From positions 1 to 64,000 of IMG/VR virus record IMGVR_UViG_3300046370_000598: a stretch of 64,000 nt of DNA; one strand, given 5' to 3'. The stretch comes from a virus. A program made the position numbers and the translations under genes. Positions within the stretch are counted from its first letter, which is position 1. Each line of letters begins with the position of its first letter. Positions 62,002 through 64,000 of the stretch are shown in pieces. Below the pieces are notes generated by a model. It worked only from the letters and a program-made list of their open reading frames with translations. It had not been told where the DNA came from and ran no database searches.

Positions 62002-62369
62002 TTTTATCTGAAACATGCTTAAAACATTGGATTAAATTTCCCTATGATACTTCTGACGCTATTGCAAAAATAGGTGTTCACTACATTTTTTCTGTTAAAA
62101 ATTCTATTCATTATAAAACTTTAGAATCTCAAAATTACGAAAATTACGAACATTTAATTTCATCAACAAACCAAAGAGAACATTCTATAAAAAACTTTAA
62201 TAAATTATTAAATAATTTCGACCTCAAAAAAGTTGGAAAAATAAAACTAGAATATAATAAATCAATAAATAAATTTTTAGTTAATGATGGATGCCACAGA
62301 CTTGCGATTATTATGTATAAGAAAATATTTAAAACTGAAATACCCAACGAATATATAATTTATGAATAG
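61998..62369 (+). CDS. ParB/Srx-like domain protein
   Basis: FLVNDGCHRLA motif. Confidence 0.5.
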   Translation: MILSETCLKHWIKFPYDTSDAIAKIGVHYIFSVKNSIHYKTLESQNYENYEHLISSTNQREHSIKNFNKLLNNFDLKKVGKIKLEYNKSINKFLVNDGCHRLAIIMYKKIFKTEIPNEYIIYE

Positions 62370-62991
62370 TCAGGAAAAAATAAAAAAATTACTCAATCAA
62401 ACAGTTGGTAAAATTCACTATAACGGTTGGAATAATAGGACTGAATATGGTTATCATTCATACAAAATAGGTGAGGTAGATATACGAGGACAGAGAAATC
62501 CTGCTAAAAGGATAGATGCATATAAAAAATATATAAGTTTCGACAATAAAATCGTAGTCGACTTTGGTTGTAACGTCGGAGCTATGTTGCATCATATGCC
62601 AGAAGTAGATTGCGGTTTAGGTTTCGACTATGACCATCAATGTATTTCTGCAGCGAATGAGATATCTAAGATATTAAATTTAAAAAATTTAAATTTCATG
62701 AAGCATGATTTTGATAAAGATTGTTATGAATCCTTAAATAATTCCTTGCCAAAATTTATAGACATTGCGCTCATTCTTTCTTTAGGTTCTTGGATTCAAT
62801 CATGGAAGGATTTATATTCTTTATGCTTGAAAAAATCAAAACTTGTTATTTTAGAAGTAAATAATAAAGAAGAAGGCGCTCCCCAGCTTGATTTTTTCAG
62901 ATCAAAAGGTAAACAAATTGAAGAAATAAAAAATGCATCTTTAGATGATTTAACTGGAAACTTCAGAAGAAAAACTTATATAATCAGCTGA
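62362..62991 (+). CDS. Class I SAM-dependent methyltransferase
   Basis: VVDFGCNVG motif I, G.G.DYD. Located in a GT cluster. Confidence 0.75.
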   Translation: MNSQEKIKKLLNQTVGKIHYNGWNNRTEYGYHSYKIGEVDIRGQRNPAKRIDAYKKYISFDNKIVVDFGCNVGAMLHHMPEVDCGLGFDYDHQCISAANEISKILNLKNLNFMKHDFDKDCYESLNNSLPKFIDIALILSLGSWIQSWKDLYSLCLKKSKLVILEVNNKEEGAPQLDFFRSKGKQIEEIKNASLDDLTGNFRRKTYIIS

Positions 62992-63761
62992 TGATAATAG
63001 TTAACATACAAGGGGGCTTATGCAATCAACTTTTTCAATGGGCTTGCGGTTTTAATCTATCTAAAACTCAAGAAGTGTTTTTCGATCTATCTTTCTTCGC
63101 TAATCAGTTTACCAATACAATAGTAACTCAAAGAGAATATTTGCTTGATAAAATTCTAAATACAAATATACCTTTATTAAACAATCAGGTTTATCAAAAG
63201 TTCAAGGAAAAACCTATAGAAATTATTTCTGACAATTTTCATTACAAAGATTTTGATTTTGAAGCTGATAAAAATTACATATTAAATGGCTATTGGCAAT
63301 CAGAAAAATATTTTAGTAACTCTAAAAATGACATAAAAAATAATTTTGACTGGCCAAGAATAAAACATCTTAACTTTGAAGATTCGTGCTCTATTCATGT
63401 TCGAAGAGGAGACTATATAACAACCCAACATGTTCACCCCTTACAAACAATAGATTACTATAAAAAAGCGATTGAAATATTAAAGCCAAAAGGTAATATC
63501 TTTATATTTTCAGACGACATTAATTGGTGTAAATCTAATTTGAATTTCGAAAATAGTATTTTTATGGAAAACCACACTAACATTCAAGACTTAAAATATA
63601 TGAGTTTATGTAAAGATAATATCATTGCAAATAGCAGTTTTAGTTGGTGGGCTGCATTCTTGAATGAAAATAAAAATAAAAAAATAATTTGCCCAAAAAA
63701 TTGGTTTTCTGATAATACAAATGACTCAGATATTAAAAACCCAAATTGGATACAGATATAA
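62991..63761 (+). CDS. GT11 alpha-1,2-fucosyltransferase-like
   Basis: GGLCNQLFQ, GYWQSEKYF, SIHVRRGDY, FSDDI.WC, IIANSSFSWWAA.L. Confidence 0.92.
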   Translation: MIIVNIQGGLCNQLFQWACGFNLSKTQEVFFDLSFFANQFTNTIVTQREYLLDKILNTNIPLLNNQVYQKFKEKPIEIISDNFHYKDFDFEADKNYILNGYWQSEKYFSNSKNDIKNNFDWPRIKHLNFEDSCSIHVRRGDYITTQHVHPLQTIDYYKKAIEILKPKGNIFIFSDDINWCKSNLNFENSIFMENHTNIQDLKYMSLCKDNIIANSSFSWWAAFLNENKNKKIICPKNWFSDNTNDSDIKNPNWIQI

Positions 63762-63762
63762 A

Positions 63763-64000
63763 ATGAAGATAGGAGTTATTTTTTTTCATCAAAATATATT
63801 AAAAATTTACGAACAAAGATGGATAGATAAATGCATTGCATCCATGATGAATCAAACCTATCAACCATTGCATTTTTATGAACTTAATTACGGAGACTGC
63901 TCTACTCAATTTGTAAGTCAAGCAAAATTTTTTAACGAAAAAATGAAAAACCATTCTGTTGGAATGAATTTCATAATTACAAAAGCTTTTGAAGATGGAT
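63763..64000 (+). CDS. Partial GT2-like protein (3'-truncated by window)
   Basis: MKIGVIFFHQN...WIDKCIASMMNQTY..., open to the window end. Confidence 0.5.
   Translation, partial: MKIGVIFFHQNILKIYEQRWIDKCIASMMNQTYQPLHFYELNYGDCSTQFVSQAKFFNEKMKNHSVGMNFIITKAFEDG

Overview
This is a 64-kb segment of a large, AT-rich tailed dsDNA phage genome. It uses the standard code, has very high coding density, and shows no rRNA, tRNA, CRISPR array or integrase. It contains four gene sets. (i) Virion genes: a lambda-J-like tail tip apparently split over two genes, five proteins with peptidase-S74 intramolecular chaperones, collagen, CBM-like and coiled-coil fibres, and a probable portal. (ii) Replication/recombination genes: DnaB, DnaG-like primase, RecA-like protein, SSB, PD-(D/E)XK nucleases, dNMP kinase, a Rad52-like annealase and a Whirly-like ssDNA-binding protein. 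(iii) A phage sigma factor. (iv) Three glycosylation clusters (GT2, 4, 6, 9, 11, 25, 32, 34, 47, WavE, DUF2827, HAD-nucleotidyltransferase). The most striking unexplained structure is a 29-bp sequence, GGCAACGTAGGTATTGGTACTACGAATCC, which encodes [10 protein letters not shown] and is conserved at synonymous sites. It has internal dyad symmetry and occurs 17 times across three adjacent fibre genes, separating unrelated in-frame modules like a coding cassette array; this is a candidate receptor-binding module shuffling system. Two promoter classes are visible: sigma70-type promoters set for leaderless transcripts, and a GTGTA motif 14-18 nt before start codons (candidate phage late promoter). 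All protein family calls are from motif recognition by eye, not database searches.
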